In this document: positions 1 through 15,019 of the stretch, in pieces
Layout of the letters: each line of letters starts with the position of its first letter
Position numbering within the stretch: position 1 is the stretch's first letter
Assembly: GCA_964016885.1 (NCBI GenBank)
Contig: OZ024743.1
Location: 48,918,001-48,982,000, forward strand
Direction of reading: 5' to 3'
Source: Eledone cirrhosa
Lineage: Eukaryota
Length of the DNA stretch: 64,000 bases
The notes under the pieces: model-generated
The model's database searches: none
Seen by the model: only the letters and a program-made list of their open reading frames with translations
What the model was told of the DNA's origin: nothing
Program-made: the position numbers and the translations under genes

Positions 1-3000
1 GTAGCTCTGTGTGTTGTGTTCAACATGGCATTGTCCCCCAACAAAGACAACAGTAGTTCTATGTGTTGTGTTCAACATGGCATTGTCCCCAACTAAGACA
101 ACAGTAGTTCTATGTGTTGTGTTCAACATGGCATTGTCCCCCAACTAAGACAACAGTAGTTCTGTGTGTTGTGTTCAACATGGCATTGTCCCCCAACTAA
201 GACAACAGGAGCTCTGTGTGTTGTGTTGAACATGGCATTGTCCCCAACTAAGACAACAGTAGTTCTGTGTGTTGTGTTGTACATGGCATTGTCCCACAAC
301 TAAGACAACAGTAGCTCTGTGTGTTGTGTTGAACATGGCATTGTCCCCCAACTAAGACAACAGTAGCTCTGTGTGTTGTGTTCAACATGGCATTGTCCCC
401 AACTAAGACAACAGTAGTTCTGTGTGTTGTGTTCAACATGGCATTGTCCCCCAACTAAGACAACAGTAGTTCTGTGTGTTGTGTTCAACATGGCATTGTC
501 CCCCAACTAAGACAACAGTAGTTCTGTGTGTTGTGTTCAACATGGCATTGTCCCCCATCTAAGACAACAGTAGTTCTGTGTGTTGTGTTCAACATGGCAT
601 TGTCCCCCAACTAAGACAACAGTAGTTCTATGTGTTGTGTTCAACATGGCATTGTCCCCCAACTAAGACAACAGTAGCTCTGTGTGTTGTGTTCAACATG
701 GCATTGTCCCACAACTAAGACAACAGTAGTTCTGTGTGTTGTGTTCAACATGGCATTGTCCCCCAACTAAGACAACAGTAGCTCTGTGTGTTGTGTTCAA
801 CATGGCATTGTCCCACAACTAAGACAACAGTAGTTCTGTGTGTTGTGTTCAACATGGCATTGTCCCCCAACTAAGACAACAGTAGTTCTATTTTTTGTGT
901 TCAACATGGCATTGTCCCCCAACTAAGACAACAGTAGTTCTATGTGTTGTGTTCAACATGGCATTGTCCCACAACTAAGACAACAGTAGTTCTGTGTGTT
1001 GTGTTCAACATGGCATTGTCCCCAACTAAGACAACAGTAGTTCTATGTGTTGTGTTCAACATGGCATTGTCCCCCAACTAAGACAAGAGTAGCTCTGTGT
1101 TTTGTGTTCAACATGGCATCGTCCCCAACTAAGTCAACAGTAGTTCTATGTGTTGTGTTCAACATGGCATTGTCCCACAACTAAGACAACAGTAGCTCTG
1201 TGTGTTGTGTTCAACATGGCATTGTCCCCCAACTAAGACAACAGTAGCTGTGTGTGTTGTGTTCAACATGGCATTGTCCCCAACTAAGACAACAGTAGCT
1301 CTGTGTGTTGTGTTCAACATGGCATTGTCCCCCAACTAAGACAACAGTAGTTCTATGTGTTGTGTTCAACATGGCATTGTCCCCCAACTAAGACAACAGT
1401 AGCTCTGTGTGTTGTGTTCAACATGGCATTGTCCCCAACTAAGACAACAGTAGCTCTGTGTGTTGTGTTCAACATGGCATTGTCCCCCAACTAAGACAAC
1501 AGTAGTTCTATGTGTTGTGTTCAACATGGCATTGTCCCCCAACTAAGACAACAGTAGTTCCGTGTGTTGTGTTCAACATGGCATTGTCCCCCAACTAAGA
1601 CAACAGTAGTTCTGTGTGTTGTGTTCAACATGGCATTGTCCCCCAACTAAGACAACAGTAGTTCTGTGTGTTGTGTTCAACATGGCATTGTCCCCCCAAC
1701 TAAGACAACAGTAGTTTTGTGTTGTGTTCAACATGGCATTGTCCCCCAACTAAGACAACAGTAGCTCTGTGTATTGTGTTCAACATGGCATTGTCCCCAA
1801 CTAAGACAACAGTAGTTCTATGTGTTGTGTTCAACATGGCATTGTCCCGCAACTAAGACAACAGTAGCTCTGTGTGTTGTGTTCAACATGGCATTGTCAC
1901 CCAAATAAGACAACAGTAGGTCTGTGTGTTGTGTTCAACATGGCATTGTTCCCCAACTAAGACAACAGTAGTTCTATGTGTTGTGTTCAACATGGCATTG
2001 TCCCCCAACTAAGACAACAGTAGTTCTGTGTGTTGTGTTCAACATGGCATTGTCCCCCCAACTAAGACAATAGTAGCTCTGTGTGTTGTGTTCAACATGG
2101 CATTGTCCCCAACTAAGACAACAGTAGCTCTGTGTGTTGTGTTCAACATGGCATTGTCCCCCAACTAAGACAACAGTAGCTCTGTGTGTTGTGTTCAACA
2201 TGGCATTGTCCCCCAACTAAGACAACAGTAGGTCTGTGTGTTGTGTTCAACATGGCATTGTCCCCCAACTAAGACAACAGTAGTTCTATGTGTTGTGTTG
2301 AACATGGCATTGTCCCCCAACTAAGACAACAGTAGTTCTGTGTGTTGTGTTCAACATGGCATTGTCCCCAACTAAGACAACAGTAGCTCTCTGTGTTGTG
2401 TTCAACATGGCATTGTCCCCCAACTAAGAAAACAGTAGTTCTATGTGTTGGGTTCAACATGGCATTGTCCCCAACTAAGACAACAGTAGTTCTATGTGTT
2501 GTGTTCAACATGGCATTGTCCCCCCAACTAAGCCAACAGTAGTTCTATGTGTTGTGTTCAACATGGCATTGTCCCCAACTAAGTCAACAGTAGTTCTATG
2601 TGTTGTGTTCAACATGGCATTGTCCCACAACTAAGACAACAGTTGCTCTGTGTGTTGTGTTCAACATGGCATTGTCCCCCAACTAAGACAACAGTAGTTC
2701 TATGTGTTGTGTTCAACATGGCATTGTCCCCCAACTAAGACAACAGTAGCTCTGTGTGTTGTATTCAACATGGAATTGTCCCCCAACTAAGACAACAATA
2801 GTTCTATGTGTTGTGTTCAACATGGCATTGTCCCCCAACTAAGACAACAGTAGTTCTATGTGTTGTGTTCAACATGGCATTGTCCCCCAACTAAGACAAC
2901 AGTAGCTCTGTGTGTTGTGTTCAACATGGCATTGTCCCCAACTAAGACAACAGTAGCTCTGTGTGTTGTGTTCAACATGGCATTGTCCCCCAACTAAGAC

Positions 3001-6000
3001 AACAGTAGTTCTGTGTGTTGTGTTCAACATGGCATTGTCCCCAACTAAGACAACAGTAGCTCTGTGTGTTGTGTTCAACATGGCATTTTCCCCCAACTAA
3101 GACAACAGTAGCTCTGTGTGTTGTGTTCAACATGGCATTGTCCCACAACTAAGACAACAGTAGCTCTCTGTGTTGTTCAACATGGCATTGTCCCCAACTA
3201 AGACAACAGTAGTTCTATGTGTTGTGTTCAACATGGCATTGTCCGCCAACTAAGACAACAGTAGTTCCGTGTGTTGTGTTCAACATGGCATTGTCCCCCA
3301 ACTAAGACAACAGTAGTTCTGTGTGTTGTGTTCAACATGGCATTGTCCCCAAACTAAGACAACAGTAGTTCTGTGTGTTGTGTTCAACATGGCATTGTCC
3401 CCCCAACTAAGACAACAGTAGTTTTGTGTTGTGTTCAACATGGCATTGTCCCCCAACTAAGACAACAGTAGCTCTGTGTATTGTGTTCAACATGGCATTG
3501 TCCCCAACTAAGACAACAGTAGTTCTATGTGTTGTGTTCAACATGGCATTGTCCCGCAACTAAGACAACAGTAGCTCTGTGTGTTGTGTTCAACATGGCA
3601 TTGTCACCCAAATAAGACAACAGTAGGTCTGTGTGTTGTGTTCATCATGGCATTGTTCCCCAACTAAGACAACAGTAGTTCTATGTGTTGTGTTCAACAT
3701 GGCATTCTCCCCCAACTAAGACAACAGTAGTTCTGTGTGTTGTGTTCAACATGGCATTGTCCCCCCAACTAAGACAATAGTAGCTCTGTGTGTTGTGTTC
3801 AACATGGCATTGTCCCCAACTAAGACAACAGTAGCTCTGTGTGTTGTGTTCAACATGGCATTGTCCCCCAACTAAGACAACAGTAGCTCTGTGTGTTGTG
3901 TTCAACATGGCATTGTCCCCCAACTAAGACAACAGTAGCTCTGTGTGTTGTGTTCAACATGGCATTGTCCCCCAACTAAGACAACAGTAGTTCTATGTGT
4001 TGTGTTGAACATGGCATTGTCCCCCAACTAAGACAACAGTAGTTCTGTGTGTTGTGTCCAACATGGCATTGTCCCCAACTAAGACAACAGTAGCTCTGTG
4101 TGTTGTGTTCAACATGGCATTGTCCCCCAACTAAGAAAACAGTAGTTCTATGTGTCGGGTTCAACATGGCATTGTCCCCAACTAAGACAACAGTAGTTCT
4201 GTGTGTTGTGTTCAACATGGCATTGTCCCCCCAACTAAGCCAACAGTAGTTCTATGTGTTGTGTTCAACATGGCATTGTCCCCAACTAAGTCAACAGTAG
4301 TTCTATGTGTTGTGTTCAACATGGCATTGTCCCACAACTAAGACAACAGTTGCTCTGTGTGTTGTGTTCAACATGGCATTGTCCCCCAACTAAGACAACA
4401 GTAGTTCTATGTGTTGTGTTCAACATGGCATTGTTCCCCAACTAAGACAACAGTAGCTCTGTGTGTTGTATTCAACATGGGATTGTCCCCCAACTAAGAC
4501 AACAATAGTTCTATGTGTTGTGTTCAACATGGCATTGTCCCCCAACTAAGACAACAGTAGTTCTATGTGTTGTGTTCAACATGGCATTGTCCCCCAACTA
4601 AGACAACAGTAGCTCTGTGTGTTGTGTTCAACATGGCATTGTCCCCAACTAAGACAACAGTAGTTCTATGTGTTGTGTTCAACATGGCATTGCCCCACAA
4701 CTAAGACAACAGTTGCTCTGTGTGTTGTGTTCAACATGGCATTGTCCCCCAACTAAGACAACTGTCGTTCTGTGTGTTGTGTTCAACATGGCATTGTCCC
4801 CCAACTAAGACAACAGTAGTTCTGTGTGTTGTGTTCAACATGGCATTGTCACCCAACTAAGAAAACAGTAGTTCTATGTGTTGTGTTCAACATGGAATTG
4901 TCCCCAACTAAGACAACAGTAGCTCTGTGTGTTGTGTTCAACATGGCATTGTCCCCCAACTAAGACAACAGTAGTTCTATGTGTTGTGTTCAACATGGCA
5001 TTGTCCCCCAACTAAGACAACAGTAGCTCTGTGTGTTGTGTTCAACATGGCATTGTCCCCAACTAAGACAACAGTAGCTCTGTGTGTTGTGTTCAACATG
5101 GCATTGTCCCCCAACTAAGAAAACAGTAGTTCTATGTGTTGCGTTCAACATTGCATTGTCCCCAACTAAGACAACAGTAGTTCTGTGTGTTGTGTTCAAC
5201 ATGGCATTGTCCCCCCAACTAAGACAACAGTAGTTCTATGTGTTGTGTTCAACATGGCATTGTCCCCCAACTAAGAAAACAGTAGTTCTATGTGTTGTGT
5301 TCAACATGGCATTGTCCCCCAACTAAGACAACAGTAGCTCTGTGTGTTGTGTTCAACATGGTATTGTCCCCCAACAAAGACAACAGTAGTTCTATGTGTT
5401 GTGTTCAACATGGCATTGTCCCCAACTAAGACAACAGTAGTTCTATGTGTTGTGTTCAACATGGCATTGTCCCCCAACTAAGACAACAGTAGTTCTGTGT
5501 GTTGTGTTTAACATGGCATTGTCCCTCAACTAAGACAACAGTAGCTCTGTGTGTTGTGTTGAACATGGCATTGTCCCCAACTAAGACAACAGTAGTTCTG
5601 TGTGTTGTGTTGAACATGGCATTGTCCCACAACTAAGACAACAGTAGCTCTGTGTGTTGTGTTGAACATGGCATTGTCCCCCAACTAAGACAACAGTAGC
5701 TCTGTGTGTTGTGTTCAACATGGCATTGTCCCCAACTAAGACAACAGTAGTTCTGTGTGTTGTGTTCAACATGGCATTGTCCCCCAACTAAGACAACAGT
5801 AGTTCTGTGTGTTGTGTTCAACATGGCATTGTCCCCCAACTAAGACAACAGTAGTTCTGTGTGTTGTGTTCAACATGGCATTGTCCCCCAACTAAGACAA
5901 CAGTAGTTCTATGTGTTGTGTTCAACATGGCATTGTCCCCCAACTAAGACAACAGTAGCTCTGTGTGTTGTGTTCAACATGGCATTGTCCCACAACTAAG

Positions 6001-9000
6001 ACAACAGTAGTTCTGTGTGTTGTGTTCAACATGGCATTGTCCCCCAACTAAGACAACAGTAGCTCTGTGTGTTGTGTTCAACATGGCATTGTCCCACAAC
6101 TAAGACAACAGTAGTTCTGTGTGTTGTGTTCAACATGGCATTGTCCCCCAACTAAGACAACAGTAGTTCTATTTTTTGTGTTCAACATGGCATTGTCCCC
6201 CAACTAAGACAAGAGTAGCTCTGTGTTTTGTGTTCAACATGGCATTGTCCCCCAACTAAGACAACAGTAGGTCTGTGTGTTGTGTTAACATGGCATTGTC
6301 CCCCAACTAAGACAACAGTAGTTCTGTGTGTTGTGTTCAACATGGCATTGTCCCCAAGTAAGACAACAGTAGCTCTGTGTGTTGTGTTCAACATGGCATT
6401 GTCCCCCAACTAAGAAAACAGTAGTTCTATGTGTTGTGTTCAACATGGCATTGTCCCCAACTAAGACAACAGTAGTTCTGTGTGTTGTGTTCAACATGGC
6501 ATTGTCCCCCCAACTAAGACAACAGTAGTTCTATGTGTTGTGTTCAACATGGCATTGTCCCCAACTAAGTCAACAGTAGTTCTATGTGTTGTGTTCAACA
6601 TGGCATTGTCCCACAACTAAGACAACAGTAGCTCTGTGTGTTGTGTTCAACATGGCATTGTCCCCCAACTAAGACAACAGTAGTTCTATGTGTTGTGTTC
6701 AACATGGCATTGTCCCCCAACTAAGACAACAGTAGCTCTGTGTGTTGTGTTCAACATGGCATTGTCCCCAACTAAGACAACAGTAGCTCTGTGTGTTGTG
6801 TTCAACATGGCATTGTCCCCCAACTAAGACAACAGTAGTTCTGTGTGTTGTGTTCAACATGGCATTGTCCCCAACTAAGACAACAGTAGCTCTGTGTGTT
6901 GTGTTCAACATGGCATTTTCCCCCAACTAAGACAACAGTAGCTCTGTGTGTTGTGTTCAACATGGCATTGTCCCACAACTAAGACAACAGTAGCTCTGTG
7001 TGTTGTTCAACATGGCATTGTCCCCAACTAAGACAACAGTAGTTCTATGTGTTGTGTTCAACATGGCATTGTCCCCCAACTAAGACAACAGTAGTTCCGT
7101 GTGTTGTGTTCAACATGGCATTGTCCCCCAACTAAGACAACAGTAGTTCCGTGTGTTGTGTTCAACATGGCATTGTCCCCCAACTAAGACAACAGTAGTT
7201 CTGTGTGTTGTGTTCAACATGGCATTGTCCCCCAACTAAGACAACAGTAGTTCTGTGTGTTGTGTTCAACATGGCATTGTCCCCCAACTAAGACAACAGT
7301 AGTTCTGTGTGTTGTGTTCAACATGGCATTGTCCCCCCAACTAAGACAACAGTAGTTCTGTGTTGTGTTCAACATGGCATTGTCCCCCAACTAAGACAAC
7401 AGTAGCTCTGTGTATTGTGTTCAACATGGCATTGTCCCCAACTAAGACAACAGTAGTTCTATGTGTTGTGTTCAACATGGCATTGTCCCGCAACTAAGAC
7501 AACAGTAGCTCTGTGTGTTGTGTTCAACATGGCATTGTCACCCAAATAAGACAACAGTAGGTCTGTGTGTTGTGTTCAACATGGCATTGTTCCCCAACTA
7601 AGACAACAGTAGTTCTATGTGTTGTGTTCAACATGACATTGTCCCCCAACTAAGACAACAGTAGTTCTGTGTGTTGTGTTCAACATGGCATTGTTCCCCC
7701 AACTAAGACAATAGTAGCTCTGTGTGTTGTGTTCAACATGGCATTGTCCCCAACTAAGACAACAGTAGCTGTGTGTGTTGTGTTCAACATGGCATTGTCC
7801 CCCAACTAAGACAACAGTAGCTCTGTGTGTTGTGTTCAACATGGCATTGTCCCCCAACTAAGACAACAGTAGGTCTGTGTGTTGTGTTCAACATGGCATT
7901 GTCCCCCAACTAAGACAACAGTAGTTCTATGTGTTGTGTTCAACATGGCATTGTCCCCCAACTAAGACAACAGTAGCTCTGTGTGTTGTGTTCAACATGG
8001 CATTGTCCCCAACTAAGACAACAGTAGCTCTGTGTGTTGTGTTCAACATGGCATTGTCCCCCAACTAAGACAACAGTAGTTCTGTGTGTTGTGTTCAACA
8101 TGGCATTGTCCCCAACTAAGACAACAGTAGCTCTGTGTGTTGTGTTCAACATGGCATTTTCCCCCAACTAAGACAACAGTAGCTCTGTGTGTTGTGTTCA
8201 ACATGGCATTGTCCCACAACTAAGACAACAGTAGCTCTGTGTGTTGTTCAACATGGCATTGTCCCCAACTAAGACAACAGTAGTTCTATGTGTTGTGTTC
8301 AACATGGCATTGTCCCCCAACTAAGACAACAGTAGTTCCGTGTGTTGCGTTCAACATGGCATTGTCCCCCAACTAAGACAACAGTAGTTCCGTGTGTTGT
8401 GTTCAACATGGCATTGTCCCCCAACTAAGACAACAGTAGTTCTGTGTGTTGTGTTCAACATGGCATTGTCCCCCAACTAAGACAACAGTAGTTCTGTGTG
8501 TTGTGTTCAACATGGCATTGTCCCCCCAACTAAGACAACAGTAGTTCTGTGTTGTGTTCAACATGGCATTGTCCCCCAACTAAGACAACAGTAGCTCTGT
8601 GTATTGTGTTCAACATGGCATTGTCCCCAACTAAGACAACAGTAGTTCTATGTGTTGTGTTCAACATGGCATTGTCCCGCAACTAAGACAACAGTAGCTC
8701 TGTGTGTTGTGTTCAACATGGCATTGTCACCCAAATAAGACAACAGTAGGTCTGTGTGTTGTGTTCAACATGGCATTGTTCCCCAACTAAGACAACAGTA
8801 GTTCTATTTGTTGTGTTCAACATGGCATTGTCCCCCAACTAAGACAACAGTAGTTCTGTGTGTTGTGTTCAACATGGCATTGTCCCCCCAACTAAGACAA
8901 TAGTAGCTCTGTGTGTTGTGTTCAACATGGCATTGTCCCCAACTAAGACAACAGTAGCTCTGTGTGTTGTGTTCAACATGGCATTGTCCCCCAACTAAGA

Positions 9001-12000
9001 CAACAGTAGCTCTGTGTGTTGTGTTCAACATGGCATTGTCCCCCAACTAAGACAACAGTAGGTCTGTGTGTTGTGTTCAACATGGCATTGTCCCCCAACT
9101 AAGACAACAGTAGTTCTATGTGTTGTGTTGAACATGGCATTGTCCCCCAACTAAGACAACTGTAGTTCTGTGTGTTGTGTTCAACATGGCATTGTCCCCC
9201 AACTAAGACAACAGTAGTTCTGTGTGTTGTGTTCAACATGGCATTGTCCCCCAACTAAGAAAACAGTAGTTCTGTGTGTTGTGTTCAACATGGCATTGTC
9301 CCCCAACTAAGACAACAGTAGCTCTGTGTGTTGTGTTCAACATGGCATTGTCCCACAACTAAGACAACAGTAGCTCTGTGTGTTGTTCAACATGGCATTG
9401 TCCCCAACTAAGACAACAGTAGTTCTATGTGTTGTGTTCAACATGGCATTGTCCCCCAACTAAGACAACAGTAGTTCCGTGTGTTGTGTTCAACATGGCA
9501 TTGACCCCCAACTAAGACAACAGTAGTTCTGTGTGTTGTGTTCAACATGGCATTGTCCCCCAACTAAGACAACAGTAGTTCTGTGTGTTGTGTTCAACAT
9601 GGCATTGTCCCCCCAACTAAGACAACAGTAGTTCTATGTGTTGTGTTCAACATGGCATTGTCCCCAACTAAGACAACAGTAGCTCTGTGTATTGTGTTCA
9701 ACATGGCATTGTCCCCAACTAAGACAACAGTAGTTCTATGTGTTGTGTACAACATGGCATTGTCCCGCAACTAAGACAACAGTAGCTCTGTGTGTTGTGT
9801 TCAACATGGCATTGTCACCCAAATAGGACAACAGTAGGTCTGTGTGTTGTGTTCAACATGGCATTGTCCCCCAACTAAGACAACAGTAGTTCTATGTGTT
9901 GTGTTCAACATGGCATTGTCCCCCAACTAAGACAACAGTAGTTCTGTGTGTTGTGTTGAACATGGCATTGTCCCACAACTAAGACAACAGTAGCTCTGTG
10001 TGTTGTTCAACATGGCATTGTCCCCAACTAAGACAACAGTAGTTCTATGTGTTGTGTTCAACATGGCATTGTCCCCAACTAAGACAACAGTAGCTCTATA
10101 TGTTGTGTTCAACATGGCATTGTCCCCAACTAAGACAACAGTAGCTCTGTGTGTTGTGTTCAACATGGCATTTTCCACCAACTAAGATAACAGTAGCTCT
10201 GTGTGTTGTGTTCAACATGGCATTGTCCCCCAACTAAGACAACAGTAGTTCTGTGTGTTGTGTTCAACATGGCATTGTCCCCAACTAAGACAACAGTAGT
10301 TCTGTGTGTTGTGTTCAACATGGCATTGTCCCCCAACTAAGAAAACAGTAGTTCTATATGTTGTGTTCAACATGGCATTGTCCCCAACTAAGACAACAGT
10401 AGCTCTGTGTGTTGTGTTCAACATGGCATTTTCCACCAACTAAGATAACAGTAGCTCTGTGTGTTGTGTTCAACATGGCATTGTCCCACAACTAAGACAA
10501 CAGTAGATCTGTGTTGTGTTGAACATGGCATTGTCCCCAACTAAGACAACAGCAGTTCTATGTGTTGTGTTCAACATGGCATTGTCCCCCAACTAAGACA
10601 ACAGTAGTTCTGTGTGTTGTGTTCAACATGGCATTGTCTCCCAACTAAGACAACAGTAGTTCTGTGTGTTGTGTTCAACATGGCATTGTCCCCCAACTAA
10701 GACAACAGTAGTTCTATGTGTTGTGTTCAACATGGCATTGTCCCCCAACTAAGACAACAGTAGTTCTGTGTGTTGTGTTCAACATGGCATCGTCCCCCAA
10801 CTAAAACAACAGTAGTTCTGTGTGTTGTGTTCAACATGGCATTGTCCCCCAACTAAGACAAAAGTAGTTCTGTGTGTTGTGTTCAACATGGCATTGTCCC
10901 CAACTAAGACAACAGTAGTTCTATGTGTTGTGTACAACATGCCATTGTCCCACAACTAAGACAACAGTAGCTCTGTGTGTTGTGCTCAACATGGCATTGT
11001 CCCCCAACTAAGACAACAGTAGTTCTGTGTGTTGTGTTCAACATGGCATTGTCCCCCAACTAAGACAACAGTAGCTCTGTGTGTTGTGTTGAACATGGCA
11101 TTGTCCCCCAACTAAGACAACAGTAGTTCTATGTGTTGTGATCAACATGGCATTGTCCCCCAAGTAAGACAACAGTAGTCCTATGCGTTGTGTTCAACAT
11201 GGCAATGTCCCCCCAACTAAGACAACAGTAGTTCTATGTGTTATGTTCAACATGGCATTGTCCCCAACTAAGACAACAGTAGTTCTATGTGTTGTGTTCA
11301 ACATGGCATTGTCCCACAACTAAGACAACAGTAGTTCTATGTGTTGTGTTCAACATGGCATTGTCCCCCAACTAAGACAACAGTAACTCTGTGTGTTGTG
11401 TTCAACATGGCATTGTCCCCCAACTAAGACAACAGTAGTTCTATGTGTTGTGTTGAACATGGCATTGTCCCCAACTAAGACAACAATAGTTCTGTGTGTT
11501 GTGTTGAATATGGCATTGTCCCCCAACTAAGACAACAGTAGCTCTGTGTGTTGTGTTTAACATGGCATTGTCCCCCAACTAAGACAACAGTAGTTCTGTG
11601 TGTTGTGTTCAACATGGCATTGTCCCCCAACTAAGACAACAGTAGCTCTTTGTGTTGTGTTCAACATGGCATTGTCCCCCAACTAAGACAACAGTAGCTC
11701 TTTGTGTTGTGTTCAACATGGCATTGTCCCCCAACTAAGACAACAGTAGTTCTGTGTGTTGTGTTCAACATGGCATTGTCCCCCAACTAAGACAACAGTA
11801 GCTCTGTGTGTTGTGTTGAACATGGCATTGTCCCCCAACTAAGACAACAGTAGTTCTATGTGTTGTGATCAACATGGCATTGTCCCCCAAGTAAGACAAC
11901 AGTAGTCCTATGCGTTGTGTTCAACATGGCAATGTCCCCCCAACTAAGACAACAGTAGTTCTATGTGTTATGTTCAACATGGCATTGTCCCCAACTAAGA

Positions 12001-15000
12001 CAACAGTAGTTCTATGTGTTGTGTTCAACATGGCATTGTCCCACAACTAAGACAACAGTAGTTCTATGTGTTGTGTTCAACATGGCATTGTCCCCCAACT
12101 AAGACAACAGTAACTCTGTGTGTTGTGTTCAACATGGCATTGTCCCCCAACTAAGACAACAGTAGTTCTATGTGTTGTGTTGAACATGGCATTGTCCCCA
12201 ACTAAGACAACAATAGTTCTGTGTGTTGTGTTGAATATGGCATTGTCCCCCAACTAAGACAACAGTAGCTCTGTGTGTTGTGTTTAACATGGCATTGTCC
12301 CCCAACTAAGACAACAGTAGTTCTGTGTGTTGTGTTCAACATGGCATTGTCCCCCAACTAAGACAACAGTAGCTCTTTGTGTTGTGTTCAACATGGCATT
12401 GTCCCCCAACTAAGACAACAGTAGCTCTTTGTGTTGTGTTCAACATGGCATTGTCCCCCAACTAAGACAACAGTAGTTTTGTGTGTTGTGTTTAACATGG
12501 CATTGTCCCATAACTAAGACAACAGTAGCTCTGTGTGTTGTGTTCAACATGGAATTGTCCCCTAACTAAGACAACAGTAGTTCTATGTGTTGTGTTCAAC
12601 ATTTCATTGTCCCCAACTAAGACAACAGTAGTTCTGTGTGTTGTGTTCAACATGGCATCGTCCCCCAACTAAGACAACAGTAGCTCTGTGTGTTATGTTG
12701 AACATGGCATTGTCCCCCAACTAATACAACAGTAGTTCTATGTGTTGTGTTCAACATGGCATTGTCCCCAACTAAGACAACAGTAGTTCTGTGTGTTGTG
12801 TTCCACATGGCATTGTCCCCCAACTAAGACAACAGTAGCTCTGTGTGTTGTGTTCAACATGGCATTGTCCCCCAATTAAGACAACAGTAGTTCTATGTGT
12901 TGTTTTCAACATGGCATTGTCCCCAACTAAGACAACAGTAGTTCTATGTGTTGTGTTCAACATGGCATTGTCCCCCAATTAAGACAACAGTAGTTCTATG
13001 TGTTGTGTTCAACATGGCATTGTCCCCAACTAAGACAACTGTAGCTCTGTATGTTATGTTCAACATGGCATTGTCCCCAACTAAGACAACAGTAGCTCTA
13101 TGTGTTGTGTTCAACATGGCATTGTCCCACAACTAAGACAACAGTAGCTCTGTGTGTTGTGTTCAACATGGCATTGTCCCACAACTAAGACAACAGTAGC
13201 TCTGTGTGTTGTGTTCAACATGGCATTGTCCCCCGACTAAGACAACAGTAGTTCTGTGTGTTGTGTTCAACATGGCATTGTCCCCCAATTAAGCCAACAG
13301 TAGCTCTGTGTGTTGTGTTGAACACGGCATTGTTCCCAACTAAGACAACAGTAGCTCTGTGTGTTGTGTTCAACATGGCATTGTCCCCAACTAAGACAAC
13401 AGTAGTTCTGTGTGTTGTGTTCAACATGGCATTGTCTCCCGACTAAGACAACAGTAGTTCTGTGTGTTGTGTTCAACATGGCATTGTCCCCCAATTAAGC
13501 CAACAGTAGCTCTGTGTGTTGTGTTGAGCACGGCATTGTTCCCAACTAAGACAACAGTAGCTCTGTGTGTTGTGTTCAACATGGCATTGTCCCCAACTAA
13601 GACAACAGTAGTTCTGTGTGTTGTGTTCAACATGGCATTGTCCCCAACTAAGACAACAGTAGTTCTGTGTGTTGTGTTCAACATGGCATTGTCCCCCAAC
13701 TAAGACAACAGTAGTTCTGTGTGTTGTGTTCAACATGGCATTGTCCCCAACTAAGACAACAGTAGCTCTGTGTGTTGTGTTCAACATGGCATTGTCCCCA
13801 ACTAAGACAACAGTAGTTCTGTGTGTTGTGTTCAACATGGCATTGTCCCCCAACTAAGACAACAGTAGCTCTGTGTGTTGTGTTCAACATGGCATTGTCC
13901 CCAACTAAGACAACAATAGTTTTGTGTGTTGTGTTCAACATGGCATTGTCCCCCAACTAAGAGAACAGTAGCTCTGTGTGTTGTTTTCAACATGGCATTG
14001 TCCCCAACTAAGTCAACAGTAGTTCTATGTGTTGTGTTGAACATGGCATTGTCCCCAACTAAGACAACAGTAGTTCTCTGTGTTGTGTTCAACATGGCAT
14101 TGTCCCCCCAACTAAGACAACAATAGTTCTGTGTGTTGTTTTCAACATGGTATTGTCCCCCAACTAAGACAACAGTAGCTCTGTGTGTTGTGTTCAACAT
14201 GGCATTGTCCCCAACTAAGACAACAATAGTTCTGTGTGTTGTGTTCAACATGGCATTGTCCCCCAACTAAGACAACAGTAGCTCTGTGTGTTGTTTTCAA
14301 CATGGCATTGTCCCCAACTAAGACAACAGTAGTTATGTGTGTTGTGTTCAACATGGCATTGTCCCCCAACTAAGACAACAGTAGCTCTGTGTGTTGTTTT
14401 CAACATGGCATTGTCCGCCAACTAAGACAACAGTAGCTCTGGGTGTTGTGTTGAACATGGCATCGTCCCCAACTAAGACAACAGTAGTTCTGTGTGTTGT
14501 GTTCAACATGGCATTGTCCCCAACTAAGACAACAATAGTTCTGTGTGTTGTGTTCAACATGGCATTGTCCCCAACTAAGACAACAGTAGTTCTGTGTGCT
14601 GTGTTCAACATGGCATTGTCCCCCAACTAAGACAACAATAGTTCTGTGTGTTGTGTTCAACATGGCATTGTCCCCAACTAAGACAACAGTAGTTCTGTGT
14701 GTTGTGTTCAACATGGCATTGTCCCCAACTAAGACAACAGTAGTTCTGTGTGTTGTGTTCAACATGGCATTGTCCCCAACTAAGACAACAGTAGTTCTGT
14801 GTGTTGTGTTCAACATGGCATTGTCCCCAACTAAGACAACAGTAGTTCTATGTGTTGTGTTCAACATGGCATTGTCCCCAACTAAGACAACAGTAGTTCT
14901 ATGTGTTGTGTTCAACATGGCATTGTCCCCAACTAAGACAACAGTAGTTCTGTGTGTTGTGTTCAACATGGCATTGTCCCCCAACTAAGACAACAGTAGT

Positions 15001-15008
15001 TCTGTGCG
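1..15008. repeat. Tandem satellite, 51-53 bp monomer (GTAG[C/T]TCT[G/A]TGTGTTGTGTTCAACATGGCATTGT(C)4-6AACTAAGACAACA), roughly 290 copies, open at window start
   Basis: Direct reading: continuous head-to-tail monomers; the length variation lies in the C-run; recurring variant blocks indicate higher-order repeats. Confidence 0.98.
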
Positions 15009-15019
15009 TAACAATGCGA

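Noticed and set aside
1-15008. CRISPR array or repeat-protein ORFs in the satellite
   Set aside because: There are no unique spacers and no cas genes. The ORFs are by-products of 51-bp in-frame monomers and shift frame with C-run length.
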